From an uncultured archaeon (GTDB lineage: Archaea; Asgardarchaeota; Thorarchaeia; Thorarchaeales; Thorarchaeaceae), in NCBI GenBank assembly GCA_964558645.1, contig CAZLEV010000005.1, positions 175,321-239,320 of the forward strand: a stretch of 64,000 nucleotides of DNA. Direction: 5' to 3'. Position numbers and translations under genes: made by a program. Positions 27,565 to 38,424 of the stretch are shown here, piece after piece (position 1 is the first letter of the stretch; each line of letters starts with the position of its first letter). A model generated the notes under the pieces. That model saw nothing but the letters and a program-made list of their open reading frames with translations. It was not told the origin of the DNA and did not search any database.

Positions 27565-29598
27565 ATGGAACACTTTGAGATAAAGAACAAGGACTTTCTT
27601 GCAAGGTTGGGCAGATTCTCAACAAGGCACGGGGATGTTGACACACCACTTCTCATGCCCGTTATCCATCCGGGTAGATCCGAGATCAGGCCGCGACAGC
27701 TAAGAGAGCAGTTTGGCTACCAGATGGTTATCACTAATTCATACATCATCAAGTCAAAGCAGGAATTCCGCGAGCGAGCCCTTCAGGAGGGAGTCCATGG
27801 CCTGCTGGACTTCGATGGGCCAATAATGACTGACTCTGGTACATTCCAGATGTACTTCCATGGGCTGCCGGAGGGAGAGATCGATCCCTTGGACATAGTG
27901 CGGTTCCAAAGGGAGATTGGCAGTGACGTTGGGACCATTCTTGATGTGTTTTCTGAACCTGATGCGGGGAAGATGAGGGTTGAAGGGGATGTAAATACGT
28001 CGCTAGAGAGAGCTAGAAAATCCGTAGCGGAGAAGGGCGACATGTACTTAGCAGGTACTGTCCAAGGCGGAGTCTACGAAGACCTGAGGAGGAGGGCTGC
28101 ACATGAAATGGCCGCCTTAGATATCGAGATTCACCCGATAGGGGGTGTTGTTCCGCTGATGGAACGATATAGATTTGCTGATGTCATCAGAGCAACTCTT
28201 GCTGCGAAGAGTCGACTTCCCCCGAATAGGCCAATACATCTCTTTGGATGTGGGCATCCGATGTTCATGGCCATCGCAGCCTTAGCCGGATGTGATTTCT
28301 TCGATTCGGCCTCCTATGCAAAGTTCGCCGATGCCGGCAGAGTTCTGTTACCAACGGGCACAGTGCATCTGGAGAACCTGCGTGAACTGCCCTGCGATTG
28401 CCCGGTGTGTAGTGGAACCACTGCAGATGATTTGAAACAATTGCCGGAGAAAGAACGTGTGACGGCCCTCATGCGCCACAACCTTTACGTGACGGCATCT
28501 GAGATGCGACGAATACGTCAGTATATCGTTGACGGAAAGCTCATCGAGTTGGCTTCGGCCCGAGCCCGAGGTCATCCTACCCTTCAGGAGGCCCTTCAAG
28601 TCATCATAAACAGTCAGGCAATGCTTGAAGAGAATGACCCTGTTGGGAAGGGCGCGTCTATCTTCTACACTGGCCCCGAAACAGCAATCCACCCGGCCTT
28701 TGTCAGACAGCATCTTAGAATCATGAGACGGTATCCCTATTGGACCACAGATACACTGCTTCTTGTCCCCCATTTGGGAGATCGCCCCTTTTCTGATACA
28801 ACAGGGCAGATAGCCGATGCTGTTCGAGCGGTTGCCCCAGAGCGTGCCATCCTAGTCTACGTAACACCCTTCGGTGTGGTGCCACTGGAGCTTGAGCATG
28901 CATATCCTGCCCAACAGACCCTATTCCCAACAACAATCGACGCCTATACGGTAGATACAGCCAAAGCGCGGGTACTAGAACTAGTAGAGAAGATGCGATT
29001 CAGGAAGGCATACTGGTTCCTGAGGGATGTATATACAAGCACGTTTCTCTCAGCAGTCACTCCTGTCATCGACATCGAAACTCTTGACAGCGCAACCGCC
29101 GTGGCCGAAGTCATTCCGAGGGAAGACGAGAAGAAGGAGGATGCTTTGAGAAAACTCCGTGCACTCTTCGCCTATCAATGGGAAATCGATGTTTCGGACA
29201 CCTTCCTGAAGAGTTTGGAGGTCGTTTACTCAAGGTCAACGGGAAAGATACGCCATCTTAAGCGCGAGGGAGATATTCTCTTCACCGTCGTGCCAACAAC
29301 AGGGATGCTTACCCCCACATTCGAAGGGGGCCTCGAACTTCTTGTTCAGGACATCCCGGGAGAGTATATCGTCACAATGGAGGAAGAAGCCTCGATGTTT
29401 GTTGCTGCAGGGAAGTCCGCATTGGCCAAGTTCGTGACAAACGCAAGCCACACACTGCGGGCAGGCGAAGAAACTCTCATTGTTGACCCAGCAGGAGATC
29501 TTGTCGGAGTGGGGAAGGCAATCCTGAATGGCCGCGAAATGCTGGCATTCGATAGAGGCGTAGCAGTGATGACTAGGCACTCGAAGAAGCGCGGCTAG
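27565..29598 (+). CDS. tgtA: Archaeosine tRNA-guanine(15) transglycosylase with PUA domain
   Basis: TPLLMPV, ITNSYII, MTDSGTFQ, QGG, PIGGVVPLME, HLFGCGHP, DSASY, LPCDCPVC, and a C-terminal PUA domain. Confidence 0.95.
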   Translation: MEHFEIKNKDFLARLGRFSTRHGDVDTPLLMPVIHPGRSEIRPRQLREQFGYQMVITNSYIIKSKQEFRERALQEGVHGLLDFDGPIMTDSGTFQMYFHGLPEGEIDPLDIVRFQREIGSDVGTILDVFSEPDAGKMRVEGDVNTSLERARKSVAEKGDMYLAGTVQGGVYEDLRRRAAHEMAALDIEIHPIGGVVPLMERYRFADVIRATLAAKSRLPPNRPIHLFGCGHPMFMAIAALAGCDFFDSASYAKFADAGRVLLPTGTVHLENLRELPCDCPVCSGTTADDLKQLPEKERVTALMRHNLYVTASEMRRIRQYIVDGKLIELASARARGHPTLQEALQVIINSQAMLEENDPVGKGASIFYTGPETAIHPAFVRQHLRIMRRYPYWTTDTLLLVPHLGDRPFSDTTGQIADAVRAVAPERAILVYVTPFGVVPLELEHAYPAQQTLFPTTIDAYTVDTAKARVLELVEKMRFRKAYWFLRDVYTSTFLSAVTPVIDIETLDSATAVAEVIPREDEKKEDALRKLRALFAYQWEIDVSDTFLKSLEVVYSRSTGKIRHLKREGDILFTVVPTTGMLTPTFEGGLELLVQDIPGEYIVTMEEEASMFVAAGKSALAKFVTNASHTLRAGEETLIVDPAGDLVGVGKAILNGREMLAFDRGVAVMTRHSKKRG

Positions 29599-30736
29599 TC
29601 GGCGCCGGTGCTTGGAAGAGGGGATGACCGGGAACCTTCCGAAGAGCCTCCACACCACCGACAGGAAGTATCATGACTTCGGGACGGGGCGCATAGAGAC
29701 GAAGCTCCTGCCCGCCCTCAATATCTGATTCTGGGGGCAATAGAGCCTGTGCGGAGATGTCACCCACATTGAAATAGATCTCAAGGGAGTTCCCGACAAA
29801 TATCGTTCGTTCAACTTCGCCCACAATCATGTTGTCCCTCGGATCGGTCTTCTCCAGATGCAAGTCCTCAGGGCGAATGGCGCACTTCACAATCTCTCCT
29901 TTCTCGAATGGATAGTCCGGGATTGTGCTCTTACCAGCGATGGTCTGCCCTTTGGGAATAGCGACTTCTATGTAATCTGAGAGTGATGTTATCTCTCCAT
30001 CAACAAAGGTACACTGACCGATGAAATCTGCTACAAAGACAGTCTGAGGATATGAGTATATCTCCCTGGGGGGGCCAAACTGCTGAATGTATCCGTGGTC
30101 CATCACAGCCAGTTTGTCCGATATGCTCAATGCCTCGTGCTGGTCATGAGTGACATAGACGGTAGTGATGCCCAGCTCCCTTTGTATCCGGATGATTTCT
30201 TCACGCATCTCAACACGCAGCTTGGCGTCCAGATTTGACAGAGGTTCATCCAACAGCAAGACATCAGGTTCGATGACCAAGGCTCTCGCAAGCGCAACAC
30301 GTTGCTGCTGGCCTCCAGACAGCTGATGAATATGTCTCCTCTCAAGACCCTCCAGACGCACAAGCCTCAAGACCTCTCTGACACGTTTATCAATGGCCGC
30401 TTTGGTGTATTTCATCCCTTTGACACGCTTCAGTTTCAGACCGTATGCAATATTCCCATATACATCCATGTGAGGCCAAAGAGCATAATTCTGGAAACAC
30501 ATTCCGGTATTGCGTTTGTGAGGGGGTACATCTGTTACGTCCCTATTATCGAAGTATACGTGACCTCGATCAGGTTTGTAGAAACCAGCAATCAGGCGCA
30601 ACAGAGTTGTCTTTCCACATCCCGAGGGCCCGAGGAGAGTAGAGAGCTCTCCTTCTTCCAGTATCATGTTCACTTCATCAGTAGCAACGATTTCACCGAA
30701 TGTCTTTCGGAGGTTTTCTAGTCGAATTTCTACCAT
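29573..30736 (-). CDS. ABC transporter ATP-binding subunit (Fe3+/PotA/AfuC type, with TOBE domain)
   Basis: GPSGCGKT, LSGGQQQR, LLLDEP, VTHD. The ATG at 30736 follows GAGGTG. Confidence 0.95.
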   Translation of the reverse strand: MVEIRLENLRKTFGEIVATDEVNMILEEGELSTLLGPSGCGKTTLLRLIAGFYKPDRGHVYFDNRDVTDVPPHKRNTGMCFQNYALWPHMDVYGNIAYGLKLKRVKGMKYTKAAIDKRVREVLRLVRLEGLERRHIHQLSGGQQQRVALARALVIEPDVLLLDEPLSNLDAKLRVEMREEIIRIQRELGITTVYVTHDQHEALSISDKLAVMDHGYIQQFGPPREIYSYPQTVFVADFIGQCTFVDGEITSLSDYIEVAIPKGQTIAGKSTIPDYPFEKGEIVKCAIRPEDLHLEKTDPRDNMIVGEVERTIFVGNSLEIYFNVGDISAQALLPPESDIEGGQELRLYAPRPEVMILPVGGVEALRKVPGHPLFQAPAPTSRASSSA

Positions 30737-30746
30737 CCATAACACC

Positions 30747-32990
30747 TCATATACCTGTGATTGCCGAAGACCTAGCACCAAGGATTTTGTTTGTTATAGT
30801 AATAACAATCATTTGGAGTACCATCATGAGTACTCCTAGGCAAGCAGCATTGAAGTACCCACCATATTGACCCGTTGCATTCAGCACCTCATTGGTCCAG
30901 AATGTCATAGGCGCCCAATTTCTTCCTACGCTGCCCAGTATCAGACTAGTACTAACCTCACTCACCGAATACACAAACGAGAGCAATGACCCTGCAAGTA
31001 CACTCACACCAATCAGAGGCATCGTGATTCTGGCGAAAGTCTGGTTCTTGCTCGCACCCACGTTCATGGATGCCTCCTCCAGTGCAACAGGCGTTGATAG
31101 AAGCCCGGCGTATGCAGCCCTTACCGTGAACGGAAACTTGCGTATTGTATAAGACATTGTTATGAGAAACGCTGGAAACCCAGCTGGAAAGAAGGGACTA
31201 CCATAGAAAAGCGTGAAGTAGCCCGTTGCAATGACAATTCCCGGAAGTGCAATAGGGGAGGTCACCAGTAAGTCCAGCCAGGTCTTACCTGGAACATCAC
31301 GTCGTGCAATGAGGTATGCTGCACTTGTTCCGAGCAATACAATGAAGACTGTAGCAACGGCACCATAAAGCAAGGTTAGATTGATTGACTGGGCAACATT
31401 GGTATACTGCCAGAGAACGGAGTAGTTATCCAACGTCCATGCTGTCGGAAGTGGAGAGTCGGTCGCCCAGTTACCTGCAAACGAGAGAACAATCACACTG
31501 ATCTGTGGTATCAGGGCCAGAAACAGCACCGGAATGAGAACAGCGTAGAGCAGGAAGCTCGTGGGAATACGAATGCGACTCTTGAGAATCCATTCGGGAA
31601 GCTTATCCCGATACTTCGAAATCCGAGATAGAGCAGTATGGAAAGCAAGAAGAGCAAACAGAAGAATGGTTGAAACATTGAACCCTGTGCGAAGGACGAG
31701 AACACCCTCGAAGAACCAGCCTAAGGCAAGAACGGCACCATTGACCGAGAGCCCTTGAGACTGGAGTCTCCTCGTTCGTGGATTCCACTGTCCGCCCTTT
31801 GAGCCAGAAGCGTAAGACCGGAGCGATGTGTATTTTCGAATCGCTAAGAAGCCAGTCAAGGCGAATATCAGGAGGAGAATCCCAATCGCGGGTCCAGCAG
31901 GGTCTATCTGGCCGCTCTGGGTGGCAATACTCGCGAAGACCTGGTAGGCCAAAGTCTTCTGCGCCTGCTGATGCTCATAGTACACAATTGGTGTGCCGAG
32001 ATCTTCAATACTGAGAATGAAGGTCAGGATTGCTCCAGCCTGAATGCCGGGCATGGCAAGAGGGAGTGTAACGGACCTGAAGAGCTTGAAGCCCGTGGCA
32101 CCCAGATTCTCCGCTTGCTCTTCCAGTGATGGATCGATGCTCATGAAAGACGAATATGCATTGAGATATACAAGCGAAAAGAAAGAGAGCGACTGCACGA
32201 AGATAACTGCAGCAAGGCCTTGGAACTCGAAGCGAAATGGCGTCACACCAAGCATTGTGTAGAAGAGGTTGTTGAAGAATCCTCTTGGCCCAAGGAAACG
32301 CTTGATGCCGATTGCACCAATGAAGGGAGTGGCGAGGATTGGAAATATCAAAGCAGTTCGAACGATAGATTTGCCCGGAAACTCATACCTGGCGATGATA
32401 AATGCGAAGAAGACGCCGATGACTACGGAGAAGGCTGTTACCACCAAGGCAACATATATCGAGTTGAGAACGGCTCCCAAATCAACTCCACGGATGACCA
32501 TCAGGTCGCCCGCAAAGAGAACTGTCCTGAGGTCGATATAGCTGTCCCACTGACCAGTATTGGAGTTCCATTGCCAAGGCCAGAAGTTCGAGTCCGAGAA
32601 CAGATTGGAGATGTGGAATAGAGAGGGGAGTCCAGTGTTTGGGTCAACCAAGGAGAACGCCACCACACTCACGAGAGGTGCTATCAGAAAGAGACCGAAG
32701 ACAATGATGACTGCAGCTAGCTGCAGTGCTGAGAGGGCATCCAGTTCCTCCCTCAGCTTCGTATAGGTCTTCCGAATACTTCCCAAGGGATCTCTGGCAA
32801 AGGAGAGCAGAGCGTGTCCGCTATTCCTGATGAAGGCAACAACCTGACGGCCAAATGTCAGACTGCGACTCTTGATTCCACCAGGAATCCTCTTGACTCC
32901 TGATACAATCTGGTCGGTCACTCTTACTGACTCGAGTTCTTCACTCTCTTCAAGAGGTCTCTCGTCCTCTTTGCTCTCCTGCAGTGCCAT
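30747..32990 (-). CDS. ABC transporter permease (FbpB/AfuB type, duplicated TM domain)
   Basis: Multi-pass TM protein with two EAA loops (LEEQAENLGA, LEEASMNVGA). Confidence 0.93.
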   Translation of the reverse strand: MALQESKEDERPLEESEELESVRVTDQIVSGVKRIPGGIKSRSLTFGRQVVAFIRNSGHALLSFARDPLGSIRKTYTKLREELDALSALQLAAVIIVFGLFLIAPLVSVVAFSLVDPNTGLPSLFHISNLFSDSNFWPWQWNSNTGQWDSYIDLRTVLFAGDLMVIRGVDLGAVLNSIYVALVVTAFSVVIGVFFAFIIARYEFPGKSIVRTALIFPILATPFIGAIGIKRFLGPRGFFNNLFYTMLGVTPFRFEFQGLAAVIFVQSLSFFSLVYLNAYSSFMSIDPSLEEQAENLGATGFKLFRSVTLPLAMPGIQAGAILTFILSIEDLGTPIVYYEHQQAQKTLAYQVFASIATQSGQIDPAGPAIGILLLIFALTGFLAIRKYTSLRSYASGSKGGQWNPRTRRLQSQGLSVNGAVLALGWFFEGVLVLRTGFNVSTILLFALLAFHTALSRISKYRDKLPEWILKSRIRIPTSFLLYAVLIPVLFLALIPQISVIVLSFAGNWATDSPLPTAWTLDNYSVLWQYTNVAQSINLTLLYGAVATVFIVLLGTSAAYLIARRDVPGKTWLDLLVTSPIALPGIVIATGYFTLFYGSPFFPAGFPAFLITMSYTIRKFPFTVRAAYAGLLSTPVALEEASMNVGASKNQTFARITMPLIGVSVLAGSLLSFVYSVSEVSTSLILGSVGRNWAPMTFWTNEVLNATGQYGGYFNAACLGVLMMVLQMIVITITNKILGARSSAITGI

Positions 32991-33026
32991 ATCGTTCTCC
33001 TCTGCGACTCGTTTCGATGTCTTCCA

Positions 33027-34472
33027 CTACGGCAGCAATGCCAGCACCTGATTTCTTACGCTATCATACTGGGCCTTCGCAGCCGTCGTCCATAGCGATT
33101 GCATTTGCGAGGCATACACGCTGTCATAGATCATGTCATCATTGATTTCTATGGCGTACTCAACTGTGAACTCCCGGTCCAGACCCGAGTCCGGGTCTTC
33201 AATTGTAACAGGGGTACCCATAAGAGATGCGTAGTAATCCAGCTCTGTTTCATCGATGTGTCCGTCGTAGTATGCGTCTACAATGGTCTGCCAGGTGTCG
33301 ACAAGCTGAGTGTGAGAATTGGTGAAGACAGACTCGAAGTACTTGACAAATGCTGCATTCATCTGGAGCGACAAGGTATCATTGAAATCGATTCCTGTGG
33401 TCTGCACAGTCTTGTTGAAAGTGTTGTAGAGCTCAGGATTCGCCTGACCCAGAGGCTGGTCAAAAGCCTCACGCATAACAGGCATGCGAAGGATGTTCTC
33501 ATGCATCCACAGTGACTGTGCGTACGGCGAAAGAATCCAGTCTAAGAATGCCTCTGCATGACCCGGGTTGGGAGCGTTGTGAGCAACCGCAATCGGGTCA
33601 CCGTTCACGATAGACTGGCCTTCGGGCAGGATGTATTCACAGTCGGGGTTCTTTGACTGGGTGAGATAGCCGTAGAAGTCGATGGACATTGAAATCCCCA
33701 CTTGGCCGTTCTCAGCTGCGGACTGTGTTTCAACTGAGCCCACGTAGATATTGGAGCTTCCGGCCATCCGAGCCATGTTGATCCATCCTTCATCCCACCC
33801 CAGACCTTGGGTCATAATCTCATAGATTCGAGTGTTCGACGTTGTGCCAGGAGCATTTCCCATGGCGATGGTTGGAATCGTGGGGAGGAGGCTTCCATAC
33901 GTGGCATTTGCCAGATCGGTCCACTTGCGGGGCACGGGCAAGTCGTAATCATCAAGGAATGCATGGTTTACAGTGAAGCCAAACGAAGATATCGCAGCAG
34001 CGACCCACACTGGTTCACCCTCGGAGTTGTTGCGCTTCATGTTCGCGCCAGCCAATGTATCATTCACTCGGCCCAGGGCACTCTGCATCAACGGGCTGGT
34101 AAGAGGACGCAAAAGCTCGTCACGCATCAGTTGGTCGAACAGTGTCGGGCCACCACCCCAGCAAACATCAACCTCTCCAGCATCAATGAGGTTGTTCCAG
34201 AACTCGGCGCTGGGAGTCCTCCAGACTATATCGGTGATGGAGTTCTCTTGTGCATACTCACTTGCGAGAAACTCGCCCTCGTAGACACTGTGGATGGCAA
34301 CATCGTGCCGTGTAAGAATCGTGATCGACTGTCCTTCTCCGTCCGTTGGAGTGGTTGGACCACCGCCACCCCACAACAAGAACCCTGCAATTCCACCAAC
34401 AGCAACGATGGCAATCACTACGATGGCAATCACTATCGTCCTAGTGTTCCTAGTGCTTTCAAACTCGCTCAT
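33027..34472 (-). CDS. ABC substrate-binding protein (Fe3+/thiamine/sugar-phosphate class), N-terminally membrane-anchored
   Basis: N-terminal TM helix plus Thr/Pro linker; DVCWGGG, P.KW.DL, IDFYG, AEAFLDW. Confidence 0.9.
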   Translation of the reverse strand: MSEFESTRNTRTIVIAIVVIAIVAVGGIAGFLLWGGGGPTTPTDGEGQSITILTRHDVAIHSVYEGEFLASEYAQENSITDIVWRTPSAEFWNNLIDAGEVDVCWGGGPTLFDQLMRDELLRPLTSPLMQSALGRVNDTLAGANMKRNNSEGEPVWVAAAISSFGFTVNHAFLDDYDLPVPRKWTDLANATYGSLLPTIPTIAMGNAPGTTSNTRIYEIMTQGLGWDEGWINMARMAGSSNIYVGSVETQSAAENGQVGISMSIDFYGYLTQSKNPDCEYILPEGQSIVNGDPIAVAHNAPNPGHAEAFLDWILSPYAQSLWMHENILRMPVMREAFDQPLGQANPELYNTFNKTVQTTGIDFNDTLSLQMNAAFVKYFESVFTNSHTQLVDTWQTIVDAYYDGHIDETELDYYASLMGTPVTIEDPDSGLDREFTVEYAIEINDDMIYDSVYASQMQSLWTTAAKAQYDSVRNQVLALLP

Positions 34473-34759
34473 TTTTCTAATCCTCTCTCAGAATCTTCTG
34501 TGTTCCCTATCCTAAGTCATAGGCAGACTGACCCTTGTACCCCGGTAATTAAGCCTTTTCGAAAAGAGAAAAAGCAACATACCTACTAGACAATGAAACA
34601 GGCACGTGAGCTTTCAGCCTGAGTGGTTGATATCCCCGTTTCATGTTGACCTTTCGTAAGCTCCGAATGCGCATTCGCTCCTCGAAAAGGTTTTATCATG
34701 GTGGTGAAGACTGATTCATTAGTCTTCATTCAAGAAGATATACGGAGGACACGAAAGAG

Positions 34760-35782
34760 ATGGATTCAAGATTGTACGCAAAAAGAGCAGCAGCAGTGTT
34801 GCTGATAGCAGCCCTGTTTGCACCATTCTTCGTTGGTCCTGTACCGGTCAGAGCTCAAGATGCTCCCGTGATAGTCCTAGACTATTCCCATGGGCAGTAC
34901 GCTTCGAAGCTCGTGAATACTACTGATCTGCAACTGGAGAACAACCTCACCGCACTGGGCTACGAAGTAGTCTGGGCCTGGGGTGGAATCAACTCTAGCA
35001 TTCTTGCAGATGCAGATGGTCTGGTACTGGCATCAATATACGGAGAATCAAATGCCTTCCTTGCAAGTGAAATCACAGCGATTGCCGATTGGTTCAACGC
35101 TGGAGACAAGTTCATGTGGGTCGCCTACGACTCGGACTATGGTGGTGGCAAGTACATCAGCGACGACATGACTGCGATCCTTGAGGAGGTGGGTTCACAC
35201 ATCTACGGGGAACCGACTTCAGTCGAGGACCCTGTGGAGAACTGTGGTGCTCCATATCGACCCGTCACAAATAGTACTAGTGATGACCCCTTTGTGGCCG
35301 ATATAGTGGAGGGCGTAGACAAGGTCCTCATGCATGGGCCCACACTGGTCTACGGTAGCGACAGCGCCACTCCTGGTGCGGATGTGAATCCTGTTGCCCT
35401 TGAGACAGAGTCGATTGCCAACGTATACCCGTTGCTCTACTACAGCCCCAATGCTACCATTACCGACGCAGACACAACGTACCCCTATGCGCATGAGGAC
35501 GGCGACAAGGGCGCGTTTGTTGGAGCAGCATTGGAGGTCAATGCAGGTGCTGCAGGCACTGGCGCCCTTATTGTGTCAGGTGCATCACCCTACGGCGACT
35601 ACCAGCCGATGAGTTCTTGGGAGTACTACGACGTTGAGCTCTCCGCGAATTTCGTCGTGCAGGCAATACACTTCGGTATGACCTACACTCCACCCATGGA
35701 CATGACCCTTCTGTTGGTCGGCGGTGGTATCGGAGCTGTAGTCATCATCATACTGATTGTCGTACTCGTCAAGAAGAAATAG
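34760..35782 (+). CDS. Secreted, C-terminally anchored protein with a DUF4350/GATase-like domain
   Basis: Signal peptide; IVLDYSHGQ...EITAIADWF..G; C-terminal TM helix followed by KKK. Confidence 0.75.
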   Translation: MDSRLYAKRAAAVLLIAALFAPFFVGPVPVRAQDAPVIVLDYSHGQYASKLVNTTDLQLENNLTALGYEVVWAWGGINSSILADADGLVLASIYGESNAFLASEITAIADWFNAGDKFMWVAYDSDYGGGKYISDDMTAILEEVGSHIYGEPTSVEDPVENCGAPYRPVTNSTSDDPFVADIVEGVDKVLMHGPTLVYGSDSATPGADVNPVALETESIANVYPLLYYSPNATITDADTTYPYAHEDGDKGAFVGAALEVNAGAAGTGALIVSGASPYGDYQPMSSWEYYDVELSANFVVQAIHFGMTYTPPMDMTLLLVGGGIGAVVIIILIVVLVKKK

Positions 35783-35791
35783 TATAACATC

Positions 35792-35830
35792 GAGTAGGCA
35801 GCTAACTTGCCTACTCACAACCTCTTTTTA
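35792..35830 (+). terminator. Stem-loop with T-rich tail
   Basis: GAGTAGGCA-N7-TGCCTACTC perfect 9-bp stem 10 nt after the stop, followed by CTCTTTTTA. Confidence 0.6.
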
Positions 35831-35936
35831 TTCTCACTAGTCGCTTTCCATGAAATGCATCCACTAGCCCAGATGACTCTGTGGTAATGCTTATCACTTC
35901 CAGCTTCATCCATTAAGTGTCTGGAGGAAACCCAAT

Positions 35937-38327
35937 TTGCGAAAGAAGCAACTGATTCCCGTCTTTGCGTTTGTGATAATAGCCATCATCGTGGCACCTA
36001 TCGAAGCTCCATCTGTCAGATACAACATGCCAATCAAGGTGACAGATGCCGCGGCAGAAGTATACTCTGGAAAAGTCTTGTTTGACGAAGCGCACACGGC
36101 AAATGCAAGCGCCCTGTGGACGCCAGGGAATGCCTCACTCTTCGGATGGATGCTGACCCAGAATGGCTACAACACTTCAATGAACCTTGAACACGAGATC
36201 ACATCGGGTATGCTCGGCGCTTATGATGTGTTCGTTCTCTTCTTTCCCATGGTATCATTGACTAGCAGTGAAGTCTCTGCACTTACCTCCTTCGTTAGCA
36301 ACGGAGGCGGACTTCTCCTTGTGGGAATACAGCAAGAGGCCAACTGGGGATATGATTCATCAAGACTGAACCCGATCTCTGAAGAGTATGGGGTCACCTT
36401 CAACAATGACGTCATTGGGGGAAGCACTGACAGTCTAGAAACTCACCAGATAACCACTGATGTGACCCAGATAGCTCTAGAAGATGATGCATTTGGAAGC
36501 TGCTCGATTAATGTAGCAGCACCTGCAGAGAGCATCGTAAGCAAGGATGGCTCTGATATCGTAGCCTATGCTACATCCGGCAGTGGACGTGTGGTTATGG
36601 TCAGTTCAACAGCACCATTCCTATCTTACAGACGAGAGGCGCGTGGCTTTGGGCAGGATCATTTTCAGTTCTCGCTGAATGTCATAGACTGGCTTGCTGG
36701 GAACTCCCAGCGAGAAGCGCAGGTCCCGGAGATTGCTGAGATCACTGTCGGAAGTGGACCGAGCCTGAGTCCAGCTGAACTAGATGAGTACAGCACCTTT
36801 GTCGGTCTGTACCATGATCACACAACCCATAGCGATGGACAGGATACTGTTGAGAAGATGGTTGAGACTGGTATCTCACGGGGTCTTGATTTCATGATCC
36901 TCACAGAACATTCTCACAACACACCAGTCACGATAGGTGGCATCACTGGGGCTCTGGCGGCAAGGGACCTTGTTGAGAGATATGGACTGGATATCAACCA
37001 GTATATTGGAGCCGAGTTGTCAACTGTCAGACATACTGTCGGGTTTCCGCTCACAGAGAACATTTTCACCGCTGACCAGCAAGAGGCAGTAGATGAGATA
37101 CATGCACAGGGAGGGATTGCAGTTCTCTGTCATCCAACCATAGGGTTCACATACGCTGATGTATACGAGTCGCTAGACGATCTCGGATATGACGCTTATG
37201 AGGTTAACAATGGGGGTTGGATGTATGGCTCAGGAGAAGGCGGCCTAGTTCATAACTTCATTGGCGCAAGTGACGGACATCGCGCATCTTTTGTGGGAAA
37301 GGTACTCAACGCGGTGTTTGTCAAGAATCCGTCTGGACCTAACGGGGAGATGACAGGACAAGATCTGGCTGACGCCGTACTTGACAGGAGAATCGTGATT
37401 CTGGACCGCATCAACGATCTGGTCTACGGTGAGAAGGTCTGGGTCGACCGATTCATGGAGATGCTGGATGAAGCGGAAGATATCATTGAAGACGCCGAAC
37501 TAGTCATTGAAAACGAACAAGCACTGGGCAGTGATGTTTCACTGTCCGAGATGTACTTGGACTTGGCAAAGAATGCGCTCGAATACTGGAACCCAAGTCG
37601 TGCCATTCGTCTTGCGGCCAACGCGACCTCTGCAACCGCACTGGCCATCAATATCGAACTCGTCACCCCAAGAGTGGTCGACCCCAATGCGAACTTCGAC
37701 ATCGTCCTCGATGTGGAGAACAACAACGAGTTCCCCATATCTATGAATAGCACGGTCTATCAGAGGGGGTCGGTGACTGTTGACACACTGAATGCTGTCA
37801 TAGACATTGCAGCAGGGGATGCTGTAGCCACCACCAGAATCGGCACAGCGTCTTCTCAGGGACTTCTCGCATTCTGGGTTGTCATTCCGAGCTTCAACAC
37901 AAGCCAGTCGTTAGCACCACTCTTGATTCCATGGACTGCAGCAATCGATAATGTAACAGCACTACCCGTAGAAGGCGGTTCGGGCTATTCTGCTGATGTG
38001 CGCTGGCATATGGATTCGTCCTCAAGGAAACTGGTATCTGCAGTGCGAATTGCTTACGATGATGGCGAAACAGCCGAAGAGGTGAATATGAACCCAGCTT
38101 GGAATTGGTATGAGTTTCGCCTTGGGCCTTACTCTACGACAACAAACGTCACTGTCACCATAACTGTCATTGATACTGATGGAATGGAGTATGGGCTCTC
38201 AACACGCGTCATAACAGTCGGACCCACAGTCGCACCAGCACCCGATATCACCCTCATCATTGCAGGCATCGGAGTAATAGCCGTAGTTGCAGTTGTCATC
38301 CTGTTCGTGAAACGGAAACAAACATAG
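35937..38327 (+). CDS. Surface-anchored multidomain protein: DUF4350-like domain, PHP phosphoesterase, Ig-like domains, TM anchor
   Basis: LFDEAH; PHP motifs HDHTTHSDG, TEH, CHP, GASDGH; C-terminal TM helix followed by KRK. Confidence 0.8.
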   Translation: MRKKQLIPVFAFVIIAIIVAPIEAPSVRYNMPIKVTDAAAEVYSGKVLFDEAHTANASALWTPGNASLFGWMLTQNGYNTSMNLEHEITSGMLGAYDVFVLFFPMVSLTSSEVSALTSFVSNGGGLLLVGIQQEANWGYDSSRLNPISEEYGVTFNNDVIGGSTDSLETHQITTDVTQIALEDDAFGSCSINVAAPAESIVSKDGSDIVAYATSGSGRVVMVSSTAPFLSYRREARGFGQDHFQFSLNVIDWLAGNSQREAQVPEIAEITVGSGPSLSPAELDEYSTFVGLYHDHTTHSDGQDTVEKMVETGISRGLDFMILTEHSHNTPVTIGGITGALAARDLVERYGLDINQYIGAELSTVRHTVGFPLTENIFTADQQEAVDEIHAQGGIAVLCHPTIGFTYADVYESLDDLGYDAYEVNNGGWMYGSGEGGLVHNFIGASDGHRASFVGKVLNAVFVKNPSGPNGEMTGQDLADAVLDRRIVILDRINDLVYGEKVWVDRFMEMLDEAEDIIEDAELVIENEQALGSDVSLSEMYLDLAKNALEYWNPSRAIRLAANATSATALAINIELVTPRVVDPNANFDIVLDVENNNEFPISMNSTVYQRGSVTVDTLNAVIDIAAGDAVATTRIGTASSQGLLAFWVVIPSFNTSQSLAPLLIPWTAAIDNVTALPVEGGSGYSADVRWHMDSSSRKLVSAVRIAYDDGETAEEVNMNPAWNWYEFRLGPYSTTTNVTVTITVIDTDGMEYGLSTRVITVGPTVAPAPDITLIIAGIGVIAVVAVVILFVKRKQT

Positions 38328-38338
38328 TTCCAAAAAAG

Positions 38339-38381
38339 GGCTGGCAGGGCAAAAGACGCGCCCTCCAGCCATTCAGTTTTC
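38339..38381 (+). terminator. Stem-loop with T-tract
   Basis: GGCTGG-c-AGGGC...GCCCT-CCAGCC followed by ATTCAGTTTTC. Confidence 0.5.
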
Positions 38382-38424
38382 TTACCGTTACTGATTAATA
38401 CAAGACCCTGTAATAGACTAGGAT